From a bacterium (GTDB lineage: Bacteria > Bdellovibrionota_C > UBA2361 > OMII01), in contig JAFMIS010000001.1 in NCBI GenBank assembly GCA_017853915.1, positions 2,010 through 66,009 of the forward strand: a stretch of 64,000 nucleotides of DNA, in the 5' to 3' direction. The notes beneath the pieces are model-generated. The model searched no databases and was not told the origin of the DNA. It was given only the letters and a program-made list of their open reading frames with translations. The position numbers and the translations under genes were made by a program. Below, in pieces: positions 30,047 through 42,548 of the stretch (its first letter is position 1; each line of letters opens with the position of its first letter).

Positions 30047-32488
30047 TTACTCGAGCACCAATTTGGCGAATCGATACACCAGCTTTTTGTGCTCGCTAAA
30101 GGTATCAAACGCGATGACGACCATCGCTGACGTGGTCTCGCCCTGCACTGATTCGATAACACCACGACCAAAGGTCGGATGAATCACTCGAATCCCTGCC
30201 TGAAGTTGTTCAAGGGCCGCGGGACTCTTCTCGAAGTACTCCTTGGGTGTGCTTGGTTGCTTCTGTATTGAATCCGCGGGGGCAAGGAGGTTTTTAATCT
30301 GCTCAAGAGATACGCTTGGGCGCGCCTCCTTTTTCTCATACGAAGGGGATTTTTTCTTGTTAGCCCACCTCGATTCGCGCTCCTCCTCGCGACTACAATC
30401 CTGATCATCATCGAAGGAAAATCGGGGATATCCATTCATAAACGTGGCGCCCTGCGAGAGTTCGGTGCCTACGGCTTCCAGCGATTGCGCGTCTACGTCT
30501 TTGGCGAAACGACTTACGGCCCTTGTTCCACCCGAAGAGAACATCCCTCGCTGATAGGCGCGAGTCATATACAGAACTCTCATCGCTCTCGTGATGCCGA
30601 CGTAACACAATCGTCGCTCCTCCTCGAGACCAGTTGGATCATCCAGGGAGCGATAGTGAGGAAGGATCCCCTCCTCCATTCCACTTAAGAACACCACCGG
30701 AAATTCCAAACCCTTGGCTAGGTGTAGCGTCATAAGCGACACCGTTTCTACTTTCGCTTCGCCCGTCTCGGCGCCACTTTCATTGGCGGGCATATCAGCG
30801 CTCGAGGTGAGCGAGATTCTATCGAGAAAGTCCTTGATAATTGTCTCGGTTGGCACTCCCTCTCGCTCCATGGTCCGGCCCAGCGACTCCAACTCTTGCA
30901 AGTTTTCGATCCGGGAGTGCGCGGCGGGGTCCTTCATAGCGGCGAGCTTCGGCCCGTACTCGCTCCGCTCTACAATCAAGCCAATCAGAGCGCCAAGAGA
31001 CGCTCGCCCCATCTCAAGCTTGAAATCAGCTATCAGTTCGACAAATTTCCTTACGCTCTTGTTCCTGGTGGCTACTTCAAGCGCCGCCTCAAGATAGGGC
31101 ACCCCTCGGCCCTGTGATTCCTGAATAATCTCCTGGACAGCCTGAGCACCGATACCCCGCGGAGGGGTGTTCACCACTCGCTGAAAAGCTTGGTTATCCG
31201 CTGGATGCACTAAGAGTCTTAGATATCCAAGAATATCTTTAATCTCTTTTCGATCAAAAAACTTTAAGCCACCAAAGATCTTGTACGGCACTTTTGCTCG
31301 AACAAGGGACTCTTCCAACGCGCGGGTCTGGGCATTTGTTCGATATAACACGGCGATCTGCGAATAGGGGGTGCCACGAGAGACGAGTCGCTTGATCTCC
31401 GCGGCGATAAATTCCGCCTCCATATTTTCATCGTATCCGATGAAGGTTCGGATTCGCTCACCCGCGGCGCCAGATGTCCATAATTTCTTGGCTTTTCGAG
31501 TTTTATTCTTTTCGATGACGCCGTGCGCCGCGTTTAAGATCGTCGACGTTGAGCGGTAGTTTTGCTCAAGTTTAATAACCTTAGTATTTGGATAGTCTTT
31601 TTCAAACTCTAAGATATTCGTGATATTCGCCCCTCGAAATCCATAAATCGACTGGTCATCATCACCAACCACAAAGAGATTACGTCGAGGCTCGGACAGT
31701 AAACGAATAAATCGATACTGCGCTTTGTTGGTATCTTGAAACTCATCAACGAGAAGGTAGTGGAGTGTGTGTCGATAGTAGTCAAGGACCTCCGGAAACT
31801 CTTGAAGCACTCGCACGGCGTTCATCAAGAGATCTCCGAAATCCATGGCGTCAGCTTGCAAAAGGTACTTTTGGTAGCGATCGTAAACTTGGGCTTGCAA
31901 ATCAGTCTCTACGTTGAAGGTCTTTTGCGCCGCGTCTGCCGGGGTAATGAGGTTGTTCTTGGCGCGATCGATCGCGCGAAGAAAGCTATCGAGCGGGTAG
32001 CGCTCCTCATCAATCGCGAGATCTCGCAATACCTGCTTTACGACGCCCTTCGTATCTTGATCGTCGTAGACGATAAATTTGTTGGAGTACCCAAGGTGCG
32101 TGGCGTTGTGTCGTAAAATCCTTAGCCCCGCGGAGTGGAACGTCGAGATCCAGATTCTACCCGCGCGAGCTCCAAGCAGTCCGAAGAGGCGATTCCTCAT
32201 CTCTTCCGCCGCTTTATTGGTAAAAGTCACGGCAAGGATTCGGTCGGGCCACACAGAGTGATTAAGAACGAGGTTCGCGACCCGGTGAGTTAATACCCGT
32301 GTCTTCCCACTGCCTGCCCCAGCCAGAACAAGGATCGGACCGTTACCATGCAGCACGGCTTCCTGTTGGGGTGGATTCAGTCCCAATAAAAGATCACCTG
32401 ACACGCCATCACTCGAGGAATCTGTTGCGTCACCCATCTCAGCCACTGTACCACATACGTTATTCTGATCGCCGAGCATACTAACCAT
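30047..32488 (-). CDS. uvrD: UvrD/PcrA SF1 DNA helicase
   Basis: AGAGSGKT, VDEFQDTN, VGDDDQSIY, LEQNYRS, TLHLAKGLEF, EERRL.YV..TRA. Confidence 0.95.
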   Translation of the reverse strand: MVSMLGDQNNVCGTVAEMGDATDSSSDGVSGDLLLGLNPPQQEAVLHGNGPILVLAGAGSGKTRVLTHRVANLVLNHSVWPDRILAVTFTNKAAEEMRNRLFGLLGARAGRIWISTFHSAGLRILRHNATHLGYSNKFIVYDDQDTKGVVKQVLRDLAIDEERYPLDSFLRAIDRAKNNLITPADAAQKTFNVETDLQAQVYDRYQKYLLQADAMDFGDLLMNAVRVLQEFPEVLDYYRHTLHYLLVDEFQDTNKAQYRFIRLLSEPRRNLFVVGDDDQSIYGFRGANITNILEFEKDYPNTKVIKLEQNYRSTSTILNAAHGVIEKNKTRKAKKLWTSGAAGERIRTFIGYDENMEAEFIAAEIKRLVSRGTPYSQIAVLYRTNAQTRALEESLVRAKVPYKIFGGLKFFDRKEIKDILGYLRLLVHPADNQAFQRVVNTPPRGIGAQAVQEIIQESQGRGVPYLEAALEVATRNKSVRKFVELIADFKLEMGRASLGALIGLIVERSEYGPKLAAMKDPAAHSRIENLQELESLGRTMEREGVPTETIIKDFLDRISLTSSADMPANESGAETGEAKVETVSLMTLHLAKGLEFPVVFLSGMEEGILPHYRSLDDPTGLEEERRLCYVGITRAMRVLYMTRAYQRGMFSSGGTRAVSRFAKDVDAQSLEAVGTELSQGATFMNGYPRFSFDDDQDCSREEERESRWANKKKSPSYEKKEARPSVSLEQIKNLLAPADSIQKQPSTPKEYFEKSPAALEQLQAGIRVIHPTFGRGVIESVQGETTSAMVVIAFDTFSEHKKLVYRFAKLVLE

Positions 32489-32567
32489 GAGACCACTAAT
32501 GTCGCCACATTGGGCGCTCTCCTATTGAGTCCCTCTACCTATCCTTAAGGAATGTGCCACAGAAAAG

Positions 32568-32594
32568 AAAAAGGGAGATGAGGATCTCCCTTTT
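32568..32594 (-). terminator. Intrinsic terminator (possibly bidirectional)
   Basis: AAAAGGGAGAT-GAGG-ATCTCCCTTTT hairpin flanked by A/T runs. Confidence 0.75.
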
Positions 32595-32649
32595 CGCGAC
32601 TTGTCGCAATTGTTGAGGATGAGATCTCCCCATCGCTACGCCGCTTGGG

Positions 32650-32823
32650 CTAGCGCAGACGGGGGCCTATCTGTTGTCCTCTAAGAGAGACCTTGGCGAC
32701 GCTACATGATACCGCGATTGGGTTCACCATCGAGAGCCCCTGAAAGACCAGCTTCCCGATGTAGGCCACCGTTAGCATCGCACACACCAAGTCGATTCCT
32801 GTTACGAGCACTTGATTCGTCAT
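32650..32823 (-). CDS. Uncalled 57-aa hydrophobic small protein
   Basis: GGAGGG RBS, ATG..TAG, MTNQVLVTGIDLVCAMLTVAYIGKLVFQGLSMVNPIAVSCSVAKVSLRGQQIGPRLR, followed by a terminator. Confidence 0.55.
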   Translation of the reverse strand: MTNQVLVTGIDLVCAMLTVAYIGKLVFQGLSMVNPIAVSCSVAKVSLRGQQIGPRLR

Positions 32824-32936
32824 ACGCCCTCCATTTCGATATTTCTATTCTTTTTCTATGTCAAAAGACCCCCACCTTCAAGTTTTTTTCTATATACAAT
32901 CGAAAGAGGGGCATAAAAAGTTTCGTATTTACGAAA

Positions 32937-32949
32937 AATCAATAAATTA
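32937..32949 (+). promoter_or_regulatory. Putative IHF binding site
   Basis: AATCAATAAATTA matches WATCAANNNNTTR within an AT-rich divergent promoter region. Confidence 0.4.
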
Positions 32950-33008
32950 GAGCCCAAGACGGGGTTTGATCACGTGCGCTGGAGGCCTCCTCTTGGTACC
33001 GTTGGGCG

Positions 33009-33599
33009 ATGTCTTCCAGCTACAACCGCAAGGACCACCTCTACAAGAAAGCTAAAGAAGAGGGGTATCGCTCACGCGCGGCGTACAAATTAAAGGAGAT
33101 CCAGGCTACTCACAAAATCATCGCGCCCAATTCCAGCGTTCTTGATGTAGGGGCATGGCCCGGCGGCTGGACCCAAGTGGCGCTTGAATATGTGGGTCCT
33201 AACGGTTCGGTAACCGCAATCGATCTGCAGCCACTTGAGCCCATCGATGATCCTCGCTGCCATCTCCTCTCGGGTGACGCTCGCGATCTTGAGGAGACTC
33301 TGGGACACCCGGGACCCTCTTTTGATTGTGTCATCTCCGATATGTCGCCAAAACTCACTGGGATTAAAGAAGCCGACCAGGCCGGAACCGTGGCGTGCGC
33401 GGAGCTCGCGCTCTACGTCGCTCAGCAGCTCTTAAAAAAGGGCGGAAATTTTGTCGCCAAGGTCTTTAAGGGGGGCGAGGTCGAAGGGTTTGTCAAATCA
33501 GCTCGGCCAATGTTTAATAAGCTCATTCGATCGGAGCTTGATTCCACTCGCAACTCCTCGAATGAGTTTTACGTAATAGGTCTCGGTTTCAAGCGATAA
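33009..33599 (+). CDS. rlmE: 23S rRNA Um2552 methyltransferase
   Basis: YRSRAAYKL, DVGAWPGGW, SDMSP, KVF.G, S.E.Y. Confidence 0.96.
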   Translation: MSSSYNRKDHLYKKAKEEGYRSRAAYKLKEIQATHKIIAPNSSVLDVGAWPGGWTQVALEYVGPNGSVTAIDLQPLEPIDDPRCHLLSGDARDLEETLGHPGPSFDCVISDMSPKLTGIKEADQAGTVACAELALYVAQQLLKKGGNFVAKVFKGGEVEGFVKSARPMFNKLIRSELDSTRNSSNEFYVIGLGFKR

Positions 33600-33605
33600 C
33601 TACAG

Positions 33606-34397
33606 ATGGGCGTACTGACAACGATTGAGCATTTTGGAGCTTTCATCATCGAGACGACCGAGCGTTGGGGGCGTTCCTGGATCTTTCTCTTTCGTTCAAT
33701 GGTTGCCTTGATTCGCCCTCCATACCGACCGTACCTATACTTCTCCCAAATCCTTCAGATCGGCGTTAATTCGACCCTTGTTATCGCGCTGATCGGTCTA
33801 TTCACCGGCGCGGTCTTAGCGGTGCAGGGCGAATACACCCTCTCAAAATTTGGAGCCAACGCCTATACCGGTCCCGCTGTAGCACTCAGCCTGATACGAG
33901 AACTTGGGCCTGTTCTCACAGCGCTCATGGTGATTGGCCGTGCGGGCTCAGCTGTCACCGCTGAGCTTGGGATTATGCGCATCACAGAGCAGATCGACGC
34001 GCTGCGCTCTATGGCGGTTGATCCAATAAAATATCTGATGGCGCCGCGTCTCTTTGCTGGAGTAATCGCGATGCCCCTTCTGTGCGGCATATTTAATGTT
34101 GTTGGTATCTTTGGTGGATACGTCGTCGCTGTCGGGCTTCTTGGTCTGAGCGCGGGAACGTTTATGAGCCAGATCGAGTCCGCTGTGGCGCTCGTTGACA
34201 TCTACTCAGGGTTTATCAAAGCGACCGTTTTTGGGCTCATCTTCGGATGGGTGAGTTGCTACAAAGGCTATACGTGTGGATTTGGCGCGCAGGGTGTTAA
34301 CAAAGCCACTACGCAGTCGGTTGTTACGGCATCCGTGGCGGTCTTAATCGTCGATTACTTCCTGACAAGCGTACTCACTCGTGTCTTCATGAAATAA
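33606..34397 (+). CDS. mlaE: Mla ABC transporter permease
   Basis: RELGPVLTAL...GRAGS..TAELG.M..TEQIDA. Confidence 0.95.
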   Translation: MGVLTTIEHFGAFIIETTERWGRSWIFLFRSMVALIRPPYRPYLYFSQILQIGVNSTLVIALIGLFTGAVLAVQGEYTLSKFGANAYTGPAVALSLIRELGPVLTALMVIGRAGSAVTAELGIMRITEQIDALRSMAVDPIKYLMAPRLFAGVIAMPLLCGIFNVVGIFGGYVVAVGLLGLSAGTFMSQIESAVALVDIYSGFIKATVFGLIFGWVSCYKGYTCGFGAQGVNKATTQSVVTASVAVLIVDYFLTSVLTRVFMK

Positions 34398-34400
34398 ACG

Positions 34401-35150
34401 ATGATCTCAGTGCGCAATATCTACAAACGATTCGGCTCGCAGGTGGTGCTGGAAGGGGTCACACTCGATATCGAACCAGGAAAGACCACGGCCGTTGTGG
34501 GCCCCAGCGGTGTCGGTAAGTCAGTGCTCTTAAAACTAATCATGGGCATCATGACACCCGATCGCGGTGAGGTGTACATCGGAGGGGAAAATATGACCGC
34601 CGCTCGCACCGAGCGAGCGCGTAACGATATTCGCCGCTCTCTGGGGGTGCTTTTCCAATCGGCGGCGCTCTTCGATTCATTGACGATCTACGACAACATC
34701 GCTTTTTCGCTCAGGGAGCGCGTCGGTTTGAGCGCCACCAAGGCGCACTCCAAGGTTCTCGACATGGCCGCGTCCTTAAGCCTTACTCCGTACCTCCAAA
34801 ACTTCCCCGAACAGGTCTCGATCGGAATCCGCAAGCGTGTCGGCATGGCGCGCGCGCTCATTACTGAGCCCAAAGTGCTCCTCGTAGACGAGCCAAACAC
34901 CGGACTGGACCCTCTTGATGGGCAAGAGGTGTACGATTTAATAAACGCATGCAAGAATCAGTGGGGCTTTACGGGGCTCGTCATAAGCCACGAGCTTCCG
35001 GAGGTATTTCAGGTCTCGGACCGAGTTGCTATGATCCTCAAAGGAGCGATCATAGCCGAGGGAACCCCGGCCGAACTCACCGCGTCTCAAGACCCCGCTG
35101 TGCAGCAGTTCCTGAATGGGAGAACGGATGGACCAATCAAAATTCAATAA
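34401..35150 (+). CDS. mlaF: Mla ABC transporter ATPase
   Basis: GPSGVGKS, LFQSAALFDS, VDEP..GLDP; between mlaE and mlaD. Confidence 0.92.
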   Translation: MISVRNIYKRFGSQVVLEGVTLDIEPGKTTAVVGPSGVGKSVLLKLIMGIMTPDRGEVYIGGENMTAARTERARNDIRRSLGVLFQSAALFDSLTIYDNIAFSLRERVGLSATKAHSKVLDMAASLSLTPYLQNFPEQVSIGIRKRVGMARALITEPKVLLVDEPNTGLDPLDGQEVYDLINACKNQWGFTGLVISHELPEVFQVSDRVAMILKGAIIAEGTPAELTASQDPAVQQFLNGRTDGPIKIQ

Positions 35151-35673
35151 CTCACCTCAAGCGCCACAGCTCGCCGTCCCCAAGCGCAGTTTCTCTTTGG
35201 AGCTGTTTGTTGGGCTTTTCGCCGCGGCGGGTGTTGGCGCCGCTGCGTACCTCGCGGTAGGGTTGGCTGGTCTTGAGATCGGGAACACAAACGCGTACAC
35301 GATCTACGCGGAGTTCGATAATATCTCAGGCCTTAAGTACGGAGCCTCTGTCGAGATAGCTGGGGTTCCAATCGGCGTAGTCTCGTCGATTGATCTCAAA
35401 GATCCTGCCGCTCGAATCGCCCTGCGAATCAACAAATCAGTCAAGGTAAAGGATGACGATATCGCCTCGATCCGAACCAAGGGTATCATCGGAGATCGAT
35501 ACGTAAAAATATCACGTGGAGCGTCGACCACGTACATCCCCGCTGAGGGCACAATCGTGGAGACTGAATCAGTCGTCGACCTTGAAGACGTTATCGGCAA
35601 GGTGGTGCATAGCCTTACCGGCGAGAAAGATGAAAAGGATTCTAATGACGACAAGAGTGACAAGAAGAGCTAA
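35128..35673 (+). CDS. mlaD: MCE-domain lipid asymmetry protein
   Basis: ELFVGLF, F.NISGL..GA.V.IAGV.IG, I.TKGIIGD.Y. Confidence 0.93.
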   Translation: MDQSKFNNSPQAPQLAVPKRSFSLELFVGLFAAAGVGAAAYLAVGLAGLEIGNTNAYTIYAEFDNISGLKYGASVEIAGVPIGVVSSIDLKDPAARIALRINKSVKVKDDDIASIRTKGIIGDRYVKISRGASTTYIPAEGTIVETESVVDLEDVIGKVVHSLTGEKDEKDSNDDKSDKKS

Positions 35674-35718
35674 TGCCTACGCCGCTAACAACGAGCGCAT
35701 CACTGGAGGTGCCACAGT

Positions 35719-36309
35719 ATGACTACTAAATTATCAATCTTCCTCGCTCTCGTAGGTATCTTGTGCGCTCCCGTTGTGAGTCATGCTGATCCAGCGTCAT
35801 CTCCGAAGGTCGAGATGCAAAAGACGATTGATGGCATTATCACGATAGCTTCAGCGCATCCTGGAGATGGGCAGCAAGCCATCCGCCGCTCAAAACTCCG
35901 AGAGCTCATTAACCCAAAGTTTAACTTTCCCGAGATGGCCAAGCGTTCTTTAGGCCCTAACTGGAACGACATAACTCCCGAGGAGCAAGCTGATTTCACC
36001 TCTGTCTTCTCTGAGCTCCTTGCTCGCACGTACCTCTCTAAAATTGAGACTGTGAAGCCTGGCATGGTTACAGTGGAGAGCGAGCAAGTTGAACCACCAC
36101 GCGCGATAGTAAAAACCAAGGTCATAAGCAAGGGAGATACCTTTCCAATTGATTATAAGCTCTCGATCCACAACGATTCCTGGCAGGTCTACGACGTTGT
36201 CATTGAGAACATTGGGCTCGTCGCGAATTACCGAAATGAGTTCTCCGGTATCATCCGAAAAGAGAAGTTCTCAGGACTCATGACTCGCCTCCGTCAAAAA
36301 ATCTCGTAG
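35719..36309 (+). CDS. mlaC: Periplasmic phospholipid-binding protein
   Basis: Signal peptide, F.F..MA..SLG..W, W.VYDV.IE.I.LV.NYR.EF. Confidence 0.92.
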   Translation: MTTKLSIFLALVGILCAPVVSHADPASSPKVEMQKTIDGIITIASAHPGDGQQAIRRSKLRELINPKFNFPEMAKRSLGPNWNDITPEEQADFTSVFSELLARTYLSKIETVKPGMVTVESEQVEPPRAIVKTKVISKGDTFPIDYKLSIHNDSWQVYDVVIENIGLVANYRNEFSGIIRKEKFSGLMTRLRQKIS

Positions 36310-36319
36310 TACGTGTCGC

Positions 36320-36793
36320 ATGACCCTTGAAGAGGTTCTCCAATCATACTCCGCTGGTCCGCAAACCGGGGTATTCACCGATGGTGGTTGTCAGCCAAAT
36401 CCTGGTCCCGGTGGTTGGGGCTTCGTATACGTGATCAATGGAGAAATAATCTCTCAAGATCATGGCTATGATCCCGATACCACGAACAATCGCATGGAGC
36501 TTACGGCCCTTATAAAAGCATTTTCCTATCTCCCTGATGACGCTGATATCGAGATCCACTCGGATAGTCAGTTGTGCGTAAAGACAGTGAACGAATGGGC
36601 CCCTCAGTGGGAAAAGCGAGGATGGAAGCGTAGCACTGGGCCAATAGCAAACCTAGAACTCGTCAAGGAGCTCTACGCACTCCACAAAGCGAAACCAAAC
36701 GTGCGGCTGCAGTGGATAAAGGCACACAACGGTTGGCTATGGAACGAATACGCTGACTCCCTATCCACAGCGTGGACACGGGCCACGCTATGA
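36320..36793 (+). CDS. rnhA: Ribonuclease HI
   Basis: TDGG..PNPGPGGWG, TTNNRMEL, SDS, WIKAH.G...NE.AD. Confidence 0.95.
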   Translation: MTLEEVLQSYSAGPQTGVFTDGGCQPNPGPGGWGFVYVINGEIISQDHGYDPDTTNNRMELTALIKAFSYLPDDADIEIHSDSQLCVKTVNEWAPQWEKRGWKRSTGPIANLELVKELYALHKAKPNVRLQWIKAHNGWLWNEYADSLSTAWTRATL

Positions 36794-37650
36794 TGTCGCG
36801 TTGTATGCGCGCCCATAAACTAATAATCCTGCTTCTCACCCTTTTTTTTATCCATCTCGTTGGATGTTGTGTTCACGTATCGATGGTTGACATCCCGCCT
36901 CTTGTCGCCCAACGCCCGCTGGCGCGGGTTGTCGCGGCCCACCGTGGCCCACCGATCCATGGCGACTTGCCCGACAATTCTCTCGCCGCGATCACAAGCT
37001 CAGTTCAGCACAAGATTCCCTTTATTGAAGTCGATGTGCGTCTCTCACACGAGGGAGAGCTTTTTCTCTTTCATGATGGAAGCCTCACATCTGGCAATTC
37101 ATTTTCCCCATCACGACTGCATGGTCGACCGATTCAATCCCTCTCGCATGAGGAGCGCAGTGAGGCGTTCCTTAACAAGCAGCGCTCGCTCGCTATCCCA
37201 TCATTTGAGTCCGCTCTCTCCGCTATCCGAGAGGGAAGTAGCTCCCTTCAGGTTGATCTCAAGGGAGAGTCAGATGCCCTTGCCCGAAAGGTTATCGAAA
37301 CCGCGCAGTCGATGGGGCTCCTATCACGTGTCCTCGTTCAGGTAAGAAACCCCGAGCGCGTCGCTATGCTTAGAAAGTCTTTTCCCGCGGCTCGTATTCT
37401 TGCTCGCTGCCTCTCGCCTCACGATCTCAAGAGCGCTATCGCACAGCAAGTCGAATTTGTCGAGCTTGAACGTTGGATTAGCTCCGACGCGATCGCTGAC
37501 GCACACCGCGCTGGGATACAAGTTCTCATAAACGTAGCTACCTCGCGTCTCGATGAAAGCGCCACTTGGGAGTACTTCCGATCCCGTGGGGTCGATAGCA
37601 TCACCAGTGACAGGGCTGCTGAGCATCTGTTGGTCACGCCGCTTAGGTGA
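36790..37650 (+). CDS. Glycerophosphodiester phosphodiesterase family protein
   Basis: AHRG, DNS..A, IEVDV, HDG, GVDSITSD; hydrophobic N-terminus. Confidence 0.88.
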   Translation: MMSRCMRAHKLIILLLTLFFIHLVGCCVHVSMVDIPPLVAQRPLARVVAAHRGPPIHGDLPDNSLAAITSSVQHKIPFIEVDVRLSHEGELFLFHDGSLTSGNSFSPSRLHGRPIQSLSHEERSEAFLNKQRSLAIPSFESALSAIREGSSSLQVDLKGESDALARKVIETAQSMGLLSRVLVQVRNPERVAMLRKSFPAARILARCLSPHDLKSAIAQQVEFVELERWISSDAIADAHRAGIQVLINVATSRLDESATWEYFRSRGVDSITSDRAAEHLLVTPLR

Positions 37651-37696
37651 AAAATACCGTGTGGCGAATGAAGCTCGCACGGGTGAGAATTAGGTT

Positions 37697-38530
37697 ATGA
37701 CGACTCCCCTTGAGATCCTCCGCTACCTCCTTCCCTTCGTCGCGACAGCTGGAGACTACAGCGCCTATATTCAGAATCGCGTGGGCTCCCACAAAGCCAA
37801 GGACGGCGCGACAGCTTTTCATCATGCGCTCTCTGACGCCGATCTCACTATTCAGAGCTATCTCGAGGTCGCTCTCTTAGCCCAATACCCAGCGGTTAGT
37901 TTTTTCTCGGAGGAGCAGGACTCCTCGCTCAATGCGAAGTACTTTTCCGAAAAAGCTCCGCTTGAGGTTCTTCTCGATCCGATCGATGGCACTCGCGCGT
38001 ACATCGATAATCGAGCGCACTATCAGGTGATCGTTACGATTCACGGTGAAAGCGAGATCGTTGGGGCTCTGTGTTACATGCCCCGTCGCGATATCTGCTA
38101 TGTCGCCACGCGAGGAGAGGGGGCTTTTCGTCTGACTCACGCGGAAGCAAGAGCGCGAGGTGGTGGAACGAGGTTGACCCTACAACAGGCCTCGGGCCCG
38201 ATATTGGTGTTTAATCAACCCGACCTCATTCGAAAACTCTCTCCTCACTTTGAGGTACGAGATATCGTTGAGGAGTACTCCCGACAGCCTGGTCGATACA
38301 ACTTTACTGATTTCCTTGAGGGCTCAGCTATCGCTACCATCAATATGCCATGCCAAGCGATCGACGGTGGGGCCCTTGCATTTATTGCGAAAGAGGCTGG
38401 AGCTCGTGTGTCTGACGCTACCGGATCTCCCGTGGGTAGCTATCGAGACAGCCCAAAACGCACGGTGCCGTGCGTTATCACAAGCAGCTCCCATGAGCTG
38501 CATGATAGGATTATGCGAGCGCTGAGGTAA
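37697..38530 (+). CDS. Inositol monophosphatase family protein
   Basis: DAD, SEE, LDPIDGT, D......IAKEAG..VSD..G. Confidence 0.88.
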   Translation: MTTPLEILRYLLPFVATAGDYSAYIQNRVGSHKAKDGATAFHHALSDADLTIQSYLEVALLAQYPAVSFFSEEQDSSLNAKYFSEKAPLEVLLDPIDGTRAYIDNRAHYQVIVTIHGESEIVGALCYMPRRDICYVATRGEGAFRLTHAEARARGGGTRLTLQQASGPILVFNQPDLIRKLSPHFEVRDIVEEYSRQPGRYNFTDFLEGSAIATINMPCQAIDGGALAFIAKEAGARVSDATGSPVGSYRDSPKRTVPCVITSSSHELHDRIMRALR

Positions 38531-38583
38531 ATTTCAAAAGAAACGAGCGTGGCTCTGTAGAGCCATGGTGAGAGGAGAGAGAA

Positions 38584-38700
38584 CTACGCCTTGGTAGCGC
38601 TCTTCGCGGCTTTCTTATTAGCCCTCTTGTTTCTCTTCTGCGCGAGCTTAGCGTCGCGAGCGTTTCTGCGATTCCAGGTAATTTTGGTTGGCGATGCCAT
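38584..38700 (-). CDS. Uncalled 38-aa highly basic protein
   Basis: MASPTKITWNRRNARDAKLAQKRNKRANKKAAKSATKA; AGGAG RBS 8 nt upstream; candidate promoter upstream and hairpin downstream. Confidence 0.75.
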   Translation of the reverse strand: MASPTKITWNRRNARDAKLAQKRNKRANKKAAKSATKA

Positions 38701-38738
38701 AACACTAACTCCTAAGTACATCTTAAGCGGAGGCCTAA

Positions 38739-38767
38739 AGGGTATCGAAGATATCAACAAGGGTCAA
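38739..38767 (-). promoter_or_regulatory. Sigma70-like promoter for the 38-aa gene
   Basis: TTGACC-N17-TACCCT on minus strand. Confidence 0.55.
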
Positions 38768-38791
38768 CAAACCAGGGCCCTAAGGCCCAGT

Positions 38792-41272
<2,481 letters not shown>

Positions 41273-41453
41273 CTAGTTAGATCTGTTTGGTAAAGAGCAA
41301 ACCTTTTTTGATCGAATCTTATAAGCTACTAAATTTATTGTTTTTTTAAGCAACTCTTCGGGAGGGTAAAAAGCTCTTATTTTTAAGGCTTCGGCTGACC
41401 TTTTCACCGCCTGTGGATTATCCCGGCAAAAACATCTCAAGCCATTGAAACAA

Positions 41454-42548
41454 CTACGAATAAACAGATCCGTTCTCTACTCTAATGATCTGCAGGCTAG
41501 AATCACCAACAAGCTGTTGTGGTGGTGTTGAGGTTCCGGTGACTATGGTTTGGCGACCTTTTCGCAGAAGCGCTCCGAAAAGCCGATCGGAACGCCCCGC
41601 ATCAAGCTCAGAATCGACGTCGTCCAGCACAATCGTAGGCGACTCCTGTAAGCGCTCTTCGAGAAGATCGATCACTCCAAGCTTGAGCGATAACACCACA
41701 CTTCGCGTTTGGCCCTGAGATGCAAACGCTCTACAGTCACTCCCTTGGAGCGTTATTGCGACATCATCTCGATGGGGTCCATACGCTGTAGAGCGAAGCG
41801 CTATCTCGCGGCTTGCGACCCGTTCAAATCCTGCCGCTATATGGTCCAACGAAACCTCTCCCTCCTTGTTAACCAAATCGGACTCCAAGGTTAGTTTCAG
41901 CTCTCCATCGGTCTGGGCAAATTCGGCGTGAAAGCCCTTTGCTTTATCTGCTAATGAAATCAGAAATTTAACTCTGTTTTCAACAATTTTTCCACCGTAC
42001 TCTGTGAGTAACTCGTTCCATGGTCTCAGCTCCGCAACGGAGATTCCCGACTCCTTGAGAAGCGCCGCTTTGCTCGCTAAGGCCCTCTGGTACGCCATGA
42101 GGGTGTTTAAATAGTTCGGTTGTACATCCACCATGTGTCGGTCAAGAAACTTCCTACGGTGGGAGGGAGAGCCCTTCACAAGGGTGAGGTCAGTTGGCGA
42201 GAAGGCAACCACCGAACATACCCCCATCAGGTCCGCGACCGATTCAACCTTAGCGCCGTTTTTGTATCCCGTTCGTTCACCGGGTGAAAACGAGATACCG
42301 ATCTCGTCTGCCCCTGTTTTGTGAACGACGGTTCCAAAAACAGATGATTCACGCGAACCCCACTTAAGAAGCTCAGCGTTAGCGCTGGTTCGAAACGAAC
42401 GAGAGCCTGTCAGGATATACAGAGCCTCAACGAGATTGGTTTTCCCATTTCCATTGAGGCCAGTGATGTACACCGCTCCAGGAGCGAGCTGTACCGTTTG
42501 ATCGGCGAGGTTTCTAAAATTATAGGTCTTTAATTTCGATACATGCAC
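41454..42548 (-). CDS. recF: DNA replication/repair protein RecF
   Basis: NFRN, G.NG.GKTN..EA, GPHRDD, SQGQ, LDDV.SELD. Confidence 0.96.
   Translation of the reverse strand: MHVSKLKTYNFRNLADQTVQLAPGAVYITGLNGNGKTNLVEALYILTGSRSFRTSANAELLKWGSRESSVFGTVVHKTGADEIGISFSPGERTGYKNGAKVESVADLMGVCSVVAFSPTDLTLVKGSPSHRRKFLDRHMVDVQPNYLNTLMAYQRALASKAALLKESGISVAELRPWNELLTEYGGKIVENRVKFLISLADKAKGFHAEFAQTDGELKLTLESDLVNKEGEVSLDHIAAGFERVASREIALRSTAYGPHRDDVAITLQGSDCRAFASQGQTRSVVLSLKLGVIDLLEERLQESPTIVLDDVDSELDAGRSDRLFGALLRKGRQTIVTGTSTPPQQLVGDSSLQIIRVENGSVYS

Noticed and set aside
32706..32945. 79-aa plus-strand ORF
   Set aside because: No RBS, runs into an AT-rich promoter region; the antisense 57-aa ORF has better signals
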